NCBI GenBank assembly: GCA_043228905.1
Contig: JBHGNT010000009.1
Span: 16,492,001-16,556,000, forward strand
DNA: 64,000 bases
Direction: 5' to 3'
DNA from: Azolla caroliniana
Taxonomy: Eukaryota > Plantae > Polypodiophyta
Position 1 is the first letter of the stretch; every line of letters begins with the position of its first letter. The notes under the pieces were generated by a model that was not told where the DNA came from, made no database searches, and saw only the letters and a list, made by a program, of their open reading frames with translations. Shown in pieces: positions 10,363-24,200 of this stretch. Position numbers and translations under genes: made by a program.

Positions 10363-12979
10363 ATAAAATAATATATCAAGATATTTATCACGTGCATAGG
10401 GCAGGATTTGAACCCTGTACCTCCACGTAGCCAAACCTCAACTTTACCATTACGCTACCTTATCGTTAGTGTTCTATAAATAGATTTAATAACTATAAGT
10501 GCTTTATTTGCGCCTACCTTTATTAAAAGGTAAATCATGTATTTTTAGAGTGCGTGAATATTTTATAGAAAAACGCAAGCGACTAAAAAGTGACTCATGC
10601 ACATCTAGCGTGCATGAGCACTATATTTAGCAAATAAAAGCAAGGATTAGAAAAGCATCACATGCACATTTAGTGTGCATGAACATATTAGAAAAAAAAG
10701 CATGTAGCTATGCTTAGTCTCTCCCATCATTACATAAGGATGGGGAGCACAATGTAATAGGTGTGTGAAAAATATTTGGGAAATTGGATATATTTCCTAA
10801 AACACCAACAATCAATAAAATATACTCGTGGGATTCACGAAGTTTAAGATAATCTATCTCTTTCAATCTAAATTCATATTCTTACATAAATATTGATTAA
10901 TGTAATACTTGTGGGATTCACAAGGTTTGATCTCTTTTCTCAATCTACTCTAATCTATTCTAAATTATTTCAATTTATTACTACGATTTAGATAAACTAA
11001 AACAATTATACTTGTGGGATTCACAAGTTTCTATATCTCTTTCTTATAATCTATTCATATTCATAACTAGATTAGCCTCAAATTCTTCCTCCTCCTAGTC
11101 CAAAACCCCGGTGGTTCCCACCCGACTCACGCAAACGATCCGGAGCCGAAAGGCACGACAACGCTCAAGCCACCCATAAGAAATTTGCAGATTGCCATCG
11201 ACTCAACTCATCGTCGGAAAAACCCAAATTTCAAGTTGGAGACCATGTATGGCTCTTACGACGTAATGTGAAGACCACTAGGCCTTGTAACAAGCTAGAT
11301 TATCAACGCCTTGGTCCATATTTAATCACTAAACAGATCAATGGAGTTGCTTTTCAACTCGATCTCCCTCCTCATATACGTCTTCACCTACTGTTCCATG
11401 TCTCACTCTTGGAACCTTATACTTCAAACTCTATTCCATATCGCATTGTTCCCCGTCCACCTTCTATTGAGCTTGATGAAGGCCCTGAATATGAAGTAAA
11501 ATCCATTTTGGACTCCAAAGTTGTGAAGAACAAATTGTATTACTTTGTTGATTGGCTGGGTTATACACCTACGGATCGAACGTGGGAGCCAGCTGAAAAT
11601 CTCAATAATACCAAAGAACTGGTAGCTGAATTTCATCAACGATATCCAAATAAGCCAACTCCTAGTTCATGCATTGCGACTCGTGGAACTCATCGTCAAA
11701 GGAAGGGGATAATGTCATGAACATATACCAAAACTCAAAGACTTGTAATAAGGATTCGAACCCATGACCTCGTCAAAGATAATGTGTAACTTCAACCACT
11801 AGGATACATCATATTACATTTATTAAAATGTAAATTCTTATATTAGATCATGAAGAAATATATCTAATAGTGTGAAGCGTTGCCACCGCATAGGCTAACG
11901 CATTATTACCAAGTGTCATGCTTGCATGAATGCCAAGTGGCATGCTTGCATGAATGCCAAGTGGCATGCTTGCATGAATGACAAATGGCGAGCATGCGTG
12001 CCTATGAGATGGCGAGCATGCATGTATCCAAAGCATGCTATATAAACATATAGCGAACTATTGATGAACCATTCCGGTTCAACGCCAGTCTTCGGCGTAC
12101 TCTTGTAACCCTTGTTCTCATTGGTAATACATGTTCAATATCGTATTTCTCTCTCATTCCTCTCTTATTTTCTATTTCTCATTCTTTTCTTCATGTTAAA
12201 CTTGTCTTTGGCTACGGCCCTGACAACTAGTCTCATTTTCTTGAACTTGATAGGAGGGAGATTACCCGATCTATGTTTAAGCCTCCTTGTACAGTCTCTT
12301 TATAATAATCCTTCCTAACTAATGGGAAAGTAGCTTCATTTTGGGAAGAAAAATAAAACTATTCATATATTGGTGGTATTGGAGGGTGTCTTTGCTAAAT
12401 GTGGGTTGTGTGAGGGTCATGTTGTGGGGATTCTGTCGAGTAATTCTGTGTTAAGGCTTTGTTGCTTCATCTATACATGTTTTCTTGTAGCCATGCAAAG
12501 TGGCTTGTAACATATGAGTTGTATATTATCCTATGTACTTTTTCTTAACTAATGGAAGTAGAATTTTTTTGGAAAAAATAAATAAAATAAAAAATAACAC
12601 TTAAAGCATTAGTGAGCTTCCAATGATTGTCCTAGTTGAGAAAATCTAGAAGAAGAAGCTATAAAAAGGGTAGAAGATGTTGTGTTGTGATGTGTGCGAA
12701 GTGACAAACTTGCGAAAAATGTAAGTTGCACAAAGGCTCAAGATTCTAGTAGAAATGGATATTAAGGACAAAATGAAACTGAAACAACAAAAAGCATGTC
12801 TCTAATGGTAAACCTAGCAATTAATAACAAAACTTCAAAGGGTTCAAAAACTTAATGATATTTTTATTATAAGAGGAAATATACCAGAGTCAAAACTAAA
12901 CGATTTGTTGAAGACATGCTTTGAATGACATGTTTATATACTAGTAGCATGTGCCTGTTGGATATTTGTAGGGTCATTA

Positions 12980-13860
12980 CACCCCTTGGAATATTGTAGA
13001 GTCATAATTGCTTTCAATATTTAGATTATACTCTAAGGTTCTCTATAACATGAATATTTTAATGGTTGAAGCTTTATGCCTTTTCAAGGAGGTCTTGCGT
13101 TCAACTCATCCCAAAGCTTATGGGCTTTTGTCTACTCATGTCACCCTCACCTCCTTTCACGATGAGTTCCATCGAGTCTTAATGCATGAATTAGGACTCG
13201 GCTTATCTACGTATTGGAAATGAAATTCAGTTACCAACTTTGAGGCACTTTCAAGGTTTTCATCAAGTTCCCAAGTTTCATCATCACGTGGATACCCTAA
13301 CCAATCCACAAGATAAAAAAACTTGTTACCAATACTCTAGGAGTCCAAAACAATGTTAAATTTGAATTCAGTGCCATTAACAAGTTCAATCGGAGGTGGG
13401 GCTGGAACAACCCGACACAGAATGGAACCAAAAACGTTTTGGTCCAACAATGAGGTGTGAATAATGGGTTCATATGTGGAGGAAGATCAAGGTGGAAGAT
13501 TACAAATGGACCAAGTCATTGATAATCATATTTATCACAAGGCTTAATGGTCTTCTTATTATATCGCAATAATCACACATGATCCCAACACAAAACTTTG
13601 GTTCCTTTGATGATTCAAGACAATGACAATATGTTGCCTTCTCACAAGCTCTAACAATAACTTTGATTATAGGGTCATGCCATGCCAACATTGTATCTTC
13701 CTGTTGTCTTATAACCTATACATAGTTGTGGTGGAGAGCTTCACTCCTAGACTCTTAAAGTACTTTCTAAAAGTCATTAACATTTATTTCTCCCTAGTAT
13801 GCCATTGTCTTCCCAACACACCCATACTTGCATATAACAACTTCTAGGAAGAACTTGTAT
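12980..13860 (-). mobile_element. Old degenerate chromovirus 3' fragment (IN C-terminus, chromodomain, PPT, LTR start)
   Basis: Minus-strand translation gives ..KPCDKYDYQ*LGPF..PPPIEL..YLVDWLGYPRDDETWE..; purine tract near 13141-13160. Confidence 0.75.
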
Positions 13861-13959
13861 ACTGCCACCATAGTTTCGTTTCTCACAAACCCTCTTTCTA
13901 TCTAGTTTATGAAGTCCCCCATCCATCAAAATTGTATGGTTAGTAGGTAGTCCTCATCG

Positions 13960-14294
13960 AAGCTCATATTGATCCAACAACAGTTCAATATGAAGATGAA
14001 AGAGACGGATCTGACGACCTCCCACATCAACACCTTCAGCCAAGTGTTGTCCGAACTCTCCTCCCAAGGGATTATCTTCAAAGAAGAAATTAAAGCCCTT
14101 GCTCTCCTTTCAAGCCTGTCGGCAAATTGGGAAGTATTCTACACAACATTCGTCAATAGCAGCCCAAATTTGAACTTGGACAAAACAATCAGACAGGTTC
14201 TCACGGAGGATATTCATAAAAAATCGATGGGTTTCACCATTGAGGATTCGGCAGAAGCTCACTACTTGACCAAGCTAGCCGGAAGAACTGGTCG
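13960..14294 (+). pseudogene. gag: Ty1/copia gag fragment
   Basis: MKMKE..HINTF..ALALLSSL..WEVF typical of copia gag. Confidence 0.75.
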
Positions 14295-14432
14295 AGTTAG
14301 GGATAGTATTAAAGGCAAGGAGAATTAGTACTAAAGATAGAGGAGAAGAATGAAGATTAGTACTAAGAAGGGAAAGAGTGTGTGCGAATCATGAGAGGGA
14401 GAGAGAGAGAGGGAGGGAGGGAGAGAGGGAGG

Positions 14433-14464
<32 letters not shown>

Positions 14465-14468
<4 letters not shown>

Positions 14469-14831
14469 ATTATCGTCTTTGAAGGTCAAATTTGACCTAT
14501 GAGACCAAAAATATTACATTTCACGTGATATGTGTAAAAGTGAGTAGTGACTCTAGATGTTCAAGAACTTTACCGATGAATGTTGCAATCGAGAGTGCAC
14601 ATTGTGGTTGTGAGAGGAATTCATGCAAATGAATAGACACCTCGAAACGATGTGATGTAAGTCATTTAAAGCCCACCACGCGTCACACAGGCACTATTAA
14701 AAGCACACGACGTGGAAAGCATGGTTGAATATGATCAAAGGCAGAGCATTGTATCAAAGTGTGATACTCAGACTCACAAACTTGTTTAGGGCAAAGTGTG
14801 CATAGCCGACCACTCTCATCACTTGTGCCCT
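14465..14831 (-). mobile_element. LINE 3' fragment inside the (GA)n tract of E's LTR
   Basis: Homologous to the LINE 3' end at ~41619-41925; flanked by GA repeats. Confidence 0.88.
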
Positions 14832-14945
14832 AGAGAGAGAGAGAGAGATAATGATGACAACAAGAAGCATATTATATTATATGAAGAAAGATACAAGAAC
14901 AACTAGGTGGCTTAAGAATGGCGTTGAACCGAATTGGTTCTGAAT

Positions 14946-15388
14946 TGTTGAGAATCAAGCTCAACATAGTGCAACGTGTGAACACACCTTTTGAGAATCT
15001 ATGATTACTCAAAGGTCAAGAGTCACACCACTACTCTCTACACATTAAATATGTGTCATAGAATCATATTCTATAACACATAACTAATGAGTTACATATT
15101 CCCCGTGACTATGAGTCTTCACATTCCCCAAGAGAGAGTAGTTGCTGTAGTTAGTTAATGAAGAGAGAGGGTGACTATATATAAAGCACCCGTCTCCTAC
15201 TTCATACTAAGTCGGTTGTGACTCGTAATGCTACATTTTGTATTTGCTATTCTACATGTGAATATACACCTTCTTGAGTATTCCTTTTTCTATCTATCTT
15301 GAGTTCTCTCTTCTCTCCTCTAATTGCTCTCACACATACATAACACACATATCGTCCGCTACACAAGAATCATACCCAATTCTTTACA
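14946..15388 (+). mobile_element. Solo LTR (copia-like, related at its 5' end to the J family)
   Basis: TGTTGAG...TTTACA; TSD TGAAT (14941-14945 / 15389-15393); removal restores the host LTR sequence. Confidence 0.85.
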
Positions 15389-18300
15389 TGAATAATGCCA
15401 TATGCCTCTATTTATAGTATTGTCAGGAATACTCCTGAAGTTTCTAGAATTTTCCAGCGTAATCTGGAATATACATGAATTTCCTATAGTGAAATAATAA
15501 ATGAAAATAATACATTTTATAATATAATGCATGGTTTAATGGTAAGTTTTCAACCCTTATAACACAAGGTCATGGGTTCGATTGCTTTTGGATGGAGCCA
15601 TACCATGCCATATCATGAAAGTATCCCCCCCTTTAAACGACGAGTGTTACGAGTCGTCTTTGATTGAGAACCTGGTTTGTCTGGATATTGGCAATGGAAG
15701 TCTTCAAGAAGAGCTTGAGCATTCGCCAAATTCATCATTGGATCCCAAGTACGCTCGCTTGGACTATATCCTAGCCAATTGACCAAATAATAGAGCTTGT
15801 TGTGAACCATCTTGGAATCGAGGATGACAGCAACCTCGCACTCAGGTCTATCTTCAAGTTCGATCGGGGGTGGAGGTGGTGTAATAAGATCTAGGATTGT
15901 GTTGTCCTGATAGGGTTCTAGAAGAGAACTATCAAATACCGGATGTATCCGTAGTTGCGGAGGTAGATCAAGGTGAAAACTGACATCATTAATTTTTCTG
16001 TTAATACGGAAAGGCCCTAACCGTCGATAATCCAGTTTGTCACACGGTCGAGTAGTCTTGATGTGCCGTCGTAATAGCCATACTCGATCTCCAATAACAA
16101 AACAAGATGGAAGCCGATGACGATCCACATAGTCCTTCTCTATTTGTTGGGTGCAATGTAGATGGATAGATAGCTCTGCCTGAATTCATCGTAGCCGCTC
16201 CGAATGATCCTCTACACTAGGAATTGAGGGTAACTCAGGAGTTTGTAACACACACCAACGAAGATGATAACCGGTATAAGCGTAGAATGGTGTAACCCTA
16301 GTAGAGGAGTGGATAGAATTATTATAAGCAAATTCAGCAAACTGTAGAATATCTGCCCAATCATCTTGTTGATAGCTTAGGAAACACCGAAGATACTATT
16401 CCAGTGTTTGATTGGTACGTTCTGCTTGTCCATTTTATTGGGGATGATAGTCAGAGGAGAGATTGCAAGTGACCTTGAGCATTTTGAAGAGATGCTTCCA
16501 AAATTTAGAGACGAAAAGAGGTCCATGATCACTGATGATACTGTCAGGAAGACCATGATGCCGAAATACTTCACGCATAACAATTCCTGCAGTTTCTTCA
16601 CTAGTGATTTCTTTAGTACAGGGCACGAAATGTGCCATCTTAGTATATCAATCTACCACTGTTAAGATCGCATTGAAGCCCTTCGAATCCGGAAGGTCTG
16701 CGATAAAATCTAGAGAAATAGATTGCCACGGTTTGCTTGGGATCGGTAATGGCTCCATCAAACCATATGGATGATGTCTAGGCATCTTCGCTCTGCAACA
16801 TGTATCACATGTCCAAACATAGTCTTCGACAAATCTTTACATATGGCGCCACCAAAATGATCATTGTACTAAATCCAACGTTTTAGTACTACCAAAATGC
16901 CTGGCTATGTATGTGTCATGACAATTTTGTACTGTGTCATGACAATTTTGTACTATTCGAAGGCGACAAGAACCATTGGGAACATACAAAAGTTTCTTAA
17001 AGAAGAGTAATCCATCATGACATTTGAATTGTCGATAATCCATACCTGGTTGTTATGACCGTGAACAAGATGCTCGAGAGGGATCGATTTTATCTAGAAT
17101 AGCTTGAGCAAAAACATTGCACATCTCGCAACGAGCGTGAAGTTTGCCACTCTAACATAGTTTGGACTTTAGGTGGATCCATAGATATGCCTTCCGAGGA
17201 GATGACATAGCCTAGAAATTCCACTTGGTTACAATCAAAACTACACTTTTCCAATTTTGCATAAAGACCATGTTCTCGTAGTCATCTTAGTACAAATAGT
17301 ACATGAGAATCATGCTCCTCCTGTGTCTTTGAATAAATGAGCAGATCATCCAAGTAGATGATCAAACAAATGTCCAAAAGATCTCGGAATATATAATTTT
17401 CCATGTGTTGGAAGACTGTTGGTGCATTGGTGAGGCCGAATGACATAACTGTATACTGAAAGTGCCCATATTGGGTGCGGAAAGTTGTTTTCCATTCGTC
17501 TCTCGGTCGAATCCGTACGAGGTTATATGTTCCTCGTAAGTCAATGTTTGTGAAAACTTTGCGCCATTAATCCTTTCTAAAAGACTCGAGATTAGGGGAA
17601 CCTATTCCTGATGGTGACCTTATCCAAGCCACGATAATTCACGACTAGACGAACTTAGCCATCTTTTTTCTTGAAGAAGAAAATAGGTGCGCCGGCTGGA
17701 GATTTCGAATGTCGAATGAACCCGTTTGCCAAATTTTCCTCTATGTAGGCTCGAAGAACTTCAATCTCGGTTTGTGACAAGTTGTACATCGATCCCCATG
17801 GTGGCTCTTTTCTTGGTTGTAAATCAATGGGACAATCATACGATCGATGGTGAGGAAGAGTACTAGCTTTTACCTTATCAAAAACGTCAGTGTAATGATG
17901 ATACTTCTTTGGAAGTTGAATTGTTGACTCCTCCTTAGCGGTGTTGGAAGGTTTCACTGATATTGCGAATACAAACATTGATTCCTTGCGTCATTCCTCC
18001 CGCAATTGATGTAACAAAATTGTTGAAATCTTATGAGTAGATCCTCGAGGTTGTCGATACCTGATTTCTCTTGTTCTCCAATCTATGTCCAGATTGTGTA
18101 ATTCAAACCATAGTAACCCCAAAACAATTGGATACTCTAGACTACTAATTATATTAAATGATACAACACATGCCAAATTATTTAGGACAACACTAATCGG
18201 CTCTAACTCTTCTACGATATTTCCGGAAGCAATGCGGCGACCATCAATGACTGCTACAGAAGCTGGGCAAGGGAGTTTTCTTAGGGATATCTATTGAGCT

Positions 18301-18886
18301 TGAGAAAAATTCTTATCCATGAAGCACGAGTTGGCTCCAGAATCTAGGAGTGCTAAGACATGTACTGGAGGGTTATTTTTAGTACTAATTGTTACTTGAG
18401 CTAGGAAGACATTGCTAACTTGCTTAGAGGGAATGGAACCACTAATGGGATGCACAGATCTAGGGTTGTCCAACCAAACGGCTCCTATTTTGGCTGGACT
18501 TAGTCGTTTAACTCTTCTTCTAGTTGACTAAGGATTTCAAATTTGTTTGATAGGCTTGGGCTATTAGGACTATCAGACATTCCCAATGAAATAGACTCAG
18601 GTTTAGTGTTATTAGTACTAGCAGCTATTTGATGTACCTATCTTCTTGGCCTATGAGGACAATTCACTACAATATGCCCCGGTCCACTGCAATAAAGACA
18701 TAGTCGATTTTCTTGGCGTCGTTGCTTTTCTTCTTCCGATAATGGTCCACGACGACGAGTGGTGTCGATTTCCATCGGTGTTGGAGTATTTGCTGGAAAC
18801 GAATTATATGACTCCTTTGCAAATGTTTTGCTACAACGGAGGCGTATGTGGGCTCCGACCTTGTTCTTGGCATTTGTAACTAACGT

Positions 18887-19803
18887 TGTCGTGCCTTTTG
18901 GCGCCATATCGTTGCGTGAGTCGGGTGGGAACCGCTGGGGTTTTGGACTAGGAAGAGGAGAGTTTTAAGGCTAATAAGAATATAAATATGTTGTAAGAAA
19001 GGGTTATAGCAAACTCGTGAATCCCACGAGTGTATTGTATTAGATTAATCAATATGAATATAAGAATATAAATTTGGGTTGAAAGAGAATGATATAGAAT
19101 CCTCGTGAATCCCACGAGTATAATTTATTAATTTGTGTTTTTTAGAATTTCCAAATATTTTTTCACACCTTTTACATTGTGCTCCCCATCCTTATGTAGT
19201 GATGAGGGAGTCTTAGTAATCCATGCTTTTTTTTTCTAACTATAGACTCCATGCTTTCCCTATAGATAGACTATATGCTTTATCTAAAGTGATCATGCTT
19301 TTTCTAACTTGTGCGATTTTTTTTTTATCGACTATAGCGTTCATGCACGCTAGATGTGCATGTGTAGCTTTTTCTTTTAGCATGCGTTTTTATTTTAACT
19401 AAAGTTTATCCTACGTGAACTTACCTTTCTATGTGGGACATCTACTTTTTAACACTAATGAAATGCTAGTGTAATGCTTTATCTAAAGTGATCATGCTTT
19501 TTCTAACTTGTGCGATTTATTTTTTATCGACTATAGCGTTCATACACGCTAGATGTGCATGCGTAGCTTTTTCTTTTAGCATGCGTTTTTCTTTTAACTA
19601 AAGTTTATCCTACGTGAACTTACCTTTCTATGTGGGACATGTACTTTTTAACACTAATGAAATGCTAGTGTAATGGTAAGGTTTCACATTATTAACATGG
19701 AGGTGCAAGGTTTGAATCTTGCCCTATGCATGTATTATTTATTTTGACATTTTCTTCTATTTCTTCATATTTACTAAAACGTTACTTTATAAGTTTTTCA
19801 CGT
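18887..19803 (-). mobile_element. LTR of a diverged relative of element C, with an internal ~199-bp tandem duplication
   Basis: Reverse complement of the C LTR end (CCCACCCGACTCACGCAA...GGCACGACA); duplication units start at ~19275 and ~19474. Confidence 0.88.
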
Positions 19804-20542
19804 CTTTGAAGGTCAAATTTGACCTATGAGACCAAAAATATTACATTTCACGTGATATGTGTAAAAGTGAGTAGTGACTCTAGATGTTCAAGAACCTTAC
19901 CGATGAATGTTGCAATCGAGAGTGCACATTGTGGTTGTGAGAGGAATTCATGCAAATGAACAGACACCTCGAAACGATATGATGTAAGTCATTTAAAGCC
20001 CACCACGCGTCACACAGCCACTATTAAAAGCACACGACGTGGAAAGCATGGTCGAATATGATCAAAGGTAGAGCATTGTATCAAAGTGTGATACTCAGAC
20101 TCGCGAACTTGTTTAGGGCAAAGTGTGCATAGTCGACCACTCTCATCACTTGTGCCCCAACGCCCTATCTCACATTGCAATGCATGTGAGCTAAGTCGCA
20201 TGGAAGCAACGGTTTGAATGGTAGATAATGGTATGGGCTCTAACATGTATCAATGTGTACGATTTCCCCGTTCCGCAAAGAATATGGTTTTGTAGTTAGG
20301 TGCAGCATGTGTAGTATAATGTGTGAAGTGTGAGCCTCCACAGTTGTCCCATGTCATGATACATTGGCGTTGCAAAAAGGCCTCATTTATAGAGGAATCT
20401 AATGACGCATCATGAAGCAAGTGTCTCGCATCCCATCTACCAAACCATTTTTCTATATCTTGCATCCAATCGGAACACAAAATTTTGCTTTTATGTGTCT
20501 TTTGTATCTGTTTGCTTGCTTCCCACGCAATTCTAGGAAGTC
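19801..20542 (-). mobile_element. LINE 3' fragment inside the middle LTR of the E/F tandem
   Basis: ORFs 20010-20480 match the LINE C-terminus; carries the same foreign insert as the 14465 copy. Confidence 0.9.
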
Positions 20543-21263
20543 AGAGAGAGAGATAATGATGACAACAAGAAGTATATTATATTATATGAAGAAAGATACA
20601 AGAACAGCTAGGAGGCCTAAGACTGGCGTTGAACCGAATTGGTTCTCAATAATGCCATGTGCCTCTTTTTATAGTGTGCTTAGGAGTATTCTTGACATTT
20701 CTAGAATGTTTCAGAGAAATCTAGAATATACATGGATTTCCTAGGTGAAATAATAAATGAAAATAATATTTTTTGTATTACAATATATAGCTTAATGGTA
20801 GGGTTTCAACCCATGTGATACAAGGTTATGGGTTCAAATCTTTCTAAAGCCATAACATGTTATATCATGACATTACACCCCCCCCCCCCCCCCCAAGATG
20901 ACAAGTGTTATGAGTCGAATTAGATTGAGGACTGCGTTTATCGGGATATTGTCGGTGCAGGTCCTCAAAAAGAGCTCGAGCATTTTCTACATTCTCGATT
21001 AGTTCCCAAGTATGCTCATTTGGACTATAGCCTAGCCAATCGACCAACTAGTACAGGTTGTTGCGAAAAATCTTGGAATCGAGGATGCTAGCAACTTTGA
21101 ACTCTAGTCCTAATTCAAGCTCGATCGGGGGTGGAGGTGGTGTAATACGATTCAGAATAGTGTTGTCTTGATAGGGTTCGAGGAGAGAACTATGAAAAAC
21201 TAGATGTATCCGTAGTTGCGAACAAGACGAAAAGTGACATCATTAATTTTTCCGATAATACGG

Positions 21264-24200
21264 TGTCGTGAAGGATTCTGGCCATAGAGAGAGACAAAGC
21301 TGGATGCACACAAATCAAGTAATATGTACAAACATATGTGAATAGTATAGTGTTAGTTGAGTATTGGTGATTACTAGGTAGGAGTGACTGGTAGGTACTT
21401 TATAGTCACACAATTAAAGGAATAACGGTGATTGAGGGGAGGAGATCAAGGATAGAATCGGGTAGGATGGAAAGTGACTGCCTTTATTGATGATGTAACG
21501 GCCTCCCCTTGTTCTATAAAAGGGGAGGTTAGAGATAATTTTAGGAATCCACGATTCGGGAGGACAAAGTGTTGTTAGTTTGAGTGCCGAGCTCTCTCTC
21601 TTCTCTCTCTGTCTTGTGCTCCAAGAAGAAGGTGAAGCCTCTGCTCGCGTAGGAAGCCCATGAGCTCCCGACCAGAGGTTCACCGTCTTGAGTTCTTGTG
21701 TGTGCATCTCTCGAGAGCGCTTAGCACTACCGCCGGCCGCACCCAGTTGTACTCTTCCTGACTCTCTGTTAATCATTAGTGTTTGTTGAGTTTCTTCTCG
21801 TGTTGGGTATTACCACATTGCCCCTACTTGTTGCGTGTTTGTTCTGCTCTGAACTCATGTTCTTATTCCCGTTCTAATCCTATGGTGTGCGCGTTCAAAA
21901 CCATGAGACCGTTCTGTTCTTCATATGACATCGGTTCTCTGGCGTCCATAAAGAAGATACCATGAGAGTATCTATCTCGGGGCTGTGGCAGTCTCTCCAA
22001 TCTTCGAGGTATGACTGGACTAGTCCAATCGGATGTCGAAGTCGGATGGTTCGAAGCTGAAACATTTGGTTGTGCCAAATCGGATGTTGTCAAGTCGGTA
22101 CTAGAGGTTTTGGCTACCCATGAAGTCGACGTTGTGTTGTGTGTTGGGCCTTCGTGAAGGGTTGGCACATCTGAAAAAATTACCCTTCGGACTTCAATCG
22201 GCTTTTCGGCCTATTGATGCATGGCTGACTCATTGAACATTATGTCCGAACTTCAAATGATTTGTCTATGCTCGGGGTCCCAGAGTCGATATCCAATTTC
22301 GCCATCGGGTCCACAACCAAGGAAAACACATTTCCTAGACTGTGGTGCAAGTTTTCTGTGATCATCCTTCGGGCTAAGGGCATACACCTCGCACCCAAAA
22401 AACCTCAGTTTATCGTAATTTGGCTTACTGTCGGTCCATAATTCCTAAGGTATTCGAAGTCCTAGAGGCCTACTCGGCGACATATTGATTATGTGTATTG
22501 TCGTAAGTAGTGCCTCTGCCCAAAAGCCATCTGATAGTCCAGAGTGTTGGAGCATGGAATTATCTTTTCTTGAATTGTCTGATTCATCCGCTCGGAAATT
22601 CCGTTCTGCTCAAGACTGTGGGGTGCCGTATATTCACGTTGTATGCCGCATTGTCAGTAGAATCTGACGAATTCTTTAGATTTGAACTCTCCTCCATTAT
22701 CGATCGGAAAACATTTCAGTTTTCGGCCGGACTGATTTTCGACCATAGCGAGCCAATCGGAAAAAATTGAGAATACTCGATCTTTGGTCTTTATCGGATA
22801 TGCCCACACCTTCCGAGTCAAGTCGTCAATAAAGTTGATGAAATACAAGGCACCACCGAGAGACTAGTGTGGCATAGGACCACAGACGTCCGAGTGGACC
22901 AAATCGAGGGGACTCAATTCTCTCGGTGCTGATGTGGGATGTGGCGCAGCTATCTCTTTGTTGTACTGGCAATGGTTGCAGAACTGATGATCCAAGAAGG
23001 AGAGTTTGGGGATGTATCTAGCTCTGGATAGGTGCGTAATGTTGGCCTTGTTGAGGTGCCTGAGTCATCCATACCATAGCGATGACACGGGAATATCAAC
23101 CAAGAACAGTTCACCCTCTCTGAGTGTGACATATAACGCGTACAACGAATGTACTTTCGGTCCTCGAGCAAGTAGGAGGTTCCCCCTGTGGAGTGTTCAC
23201 CATCCTAATGAGAAGGCGGCACGATGCCGTCTTCGTCTAATTGTCCGACTGAGATCAAAGCTCTTGAAAGCTCAAGTACATGTCAAACATTATGTAATAC
23301 CAATGTAGAGTTATCTGGAAGGTTGAGCTCTACTGTGCCAATTTCAATAATTGCACAATGCTGCGAATTTTTTACTCGAACTCAGTCGGAATGTCAGGCT
23401 AAGTATTGCCAAAATTGGGATCAATGAGGTGTCACGTGATATGAAGCGCCCGAATCCAAGAGCCATGTGCTCGATTCCTATTGTAAGTAGAATTTCTGAT
23501 TCGATTGGGTTCTCAATGGATAGTATGTTCGGGTCGCTCGACGGTATTTTGGCCGAGGAGCTGACATAATTGACCTCCTCATGTCGGCCACTCTTTTGAT
23601 CAGCTCGTTGAGCCTTTTCGTTTTTGTCCTTCAATGCACAGCAATCGGCTTTGATGTGTTCGAGTTTCTTGCAATAATTGCAGACTCGATTATCCCTGGA
23701 TTTGCTCCGACTTCGCTGGTTGTTTGGTTGCTGTGAAGAACCTCTTCCTCGGTTGTTTGATCGGTCAGTCGAACCTTGTACTGCATACGTGTTATTGGCC
23801 GAATCGTTTGCAAAAAATTTCCTCCAAGCTGCTTCAGTCAGAATTGCGCTCATGACTGAGGAGTATTTAACGACCGCAATCGATGCATTGCACACGGTTG
23901 TGACAAAAGTTTCCCACGAAAGGGGGAGACTACTGATAAGTAGCATTGCTCTTAGTTCATCCTCGATAGTCGTCACTTGAGCCAAATTTTGGGAGCTTAG
24001 ACTTTTGTAGTCATTGAGGTGTGCCTGGACCGATTCGGATTCTTTTATCAGAAGGTTATAGAGTTGTCGTATCAAATATATCTTCGTGGTGGCGACCTTC
24101 TTTTCGTAAGTGTCCGAAAATGTCTTCCATAGTTGGAAGGCAGTCGAACACGATTGCACCGTAAACTACACGGACTTCGATTGATATATCCAAATAGTGG

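Larger units (their letters stand above)
7802..11160 (+). mobile_element. Element C: young non-autonomous gag-only (TR-GAG-like) non-chromovirus gypsy element
   Basis: 870-bp LTRs at 7802-8671 and 10291-11160 differing at about 4 positions; 4-bp TSD ACGC; tRNA-Trp PBS; PPT GGAGGGGGCGAG; no pol motifs. Confidence 0.93.
4720..11720 (+). pseudogene. pol: pol of element A (PR-RT-RH-IN-chromodomain), premature stop at 7425-7427, split by element C
   Basis: LLDSGA protease, YLDD RT, EADASD RH, IN core; ORFs 4911-7427, 7461-7801 and 11161-11720; HHA|QA reading restored across the C insertion. Confidence 0.93.
105..12225 (+). mobile_element. Element A: Ty3/gypsy chromovirus (Tcn1/Tf1-like) LTR retrotransposon, degenerate, hosting nested elements B and C
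   Basis: LTRs TGTCA...TGACA at 105-593 and 11713-12225; 5-bp TSD ACTAG (100-104 / 12226-12230); PPT AAAGGAAGGGGATAA before the 3' LTR; domain order gag-PR-RT-RH-IN-chromodomain. Confidence 0.95.
14295..18886 (-). mobile_element. Element E: degenerate chromovirus (3' LTR ~14295-15620, pol with RNase H deleted near 17115, partial gag)
   Basis: PPT at 15621-15636; chromodomain ORF 15613-16128; IN/RT/PR/gag fragments homologous to D. Confidence 0.88.

Noticed and set aside
13160-13200. TRWNS motif suggesting a hAT transposase
   Set aside because: It is the degenerate tail immediately after a chromodomain, homologous to IATRGTH in element A
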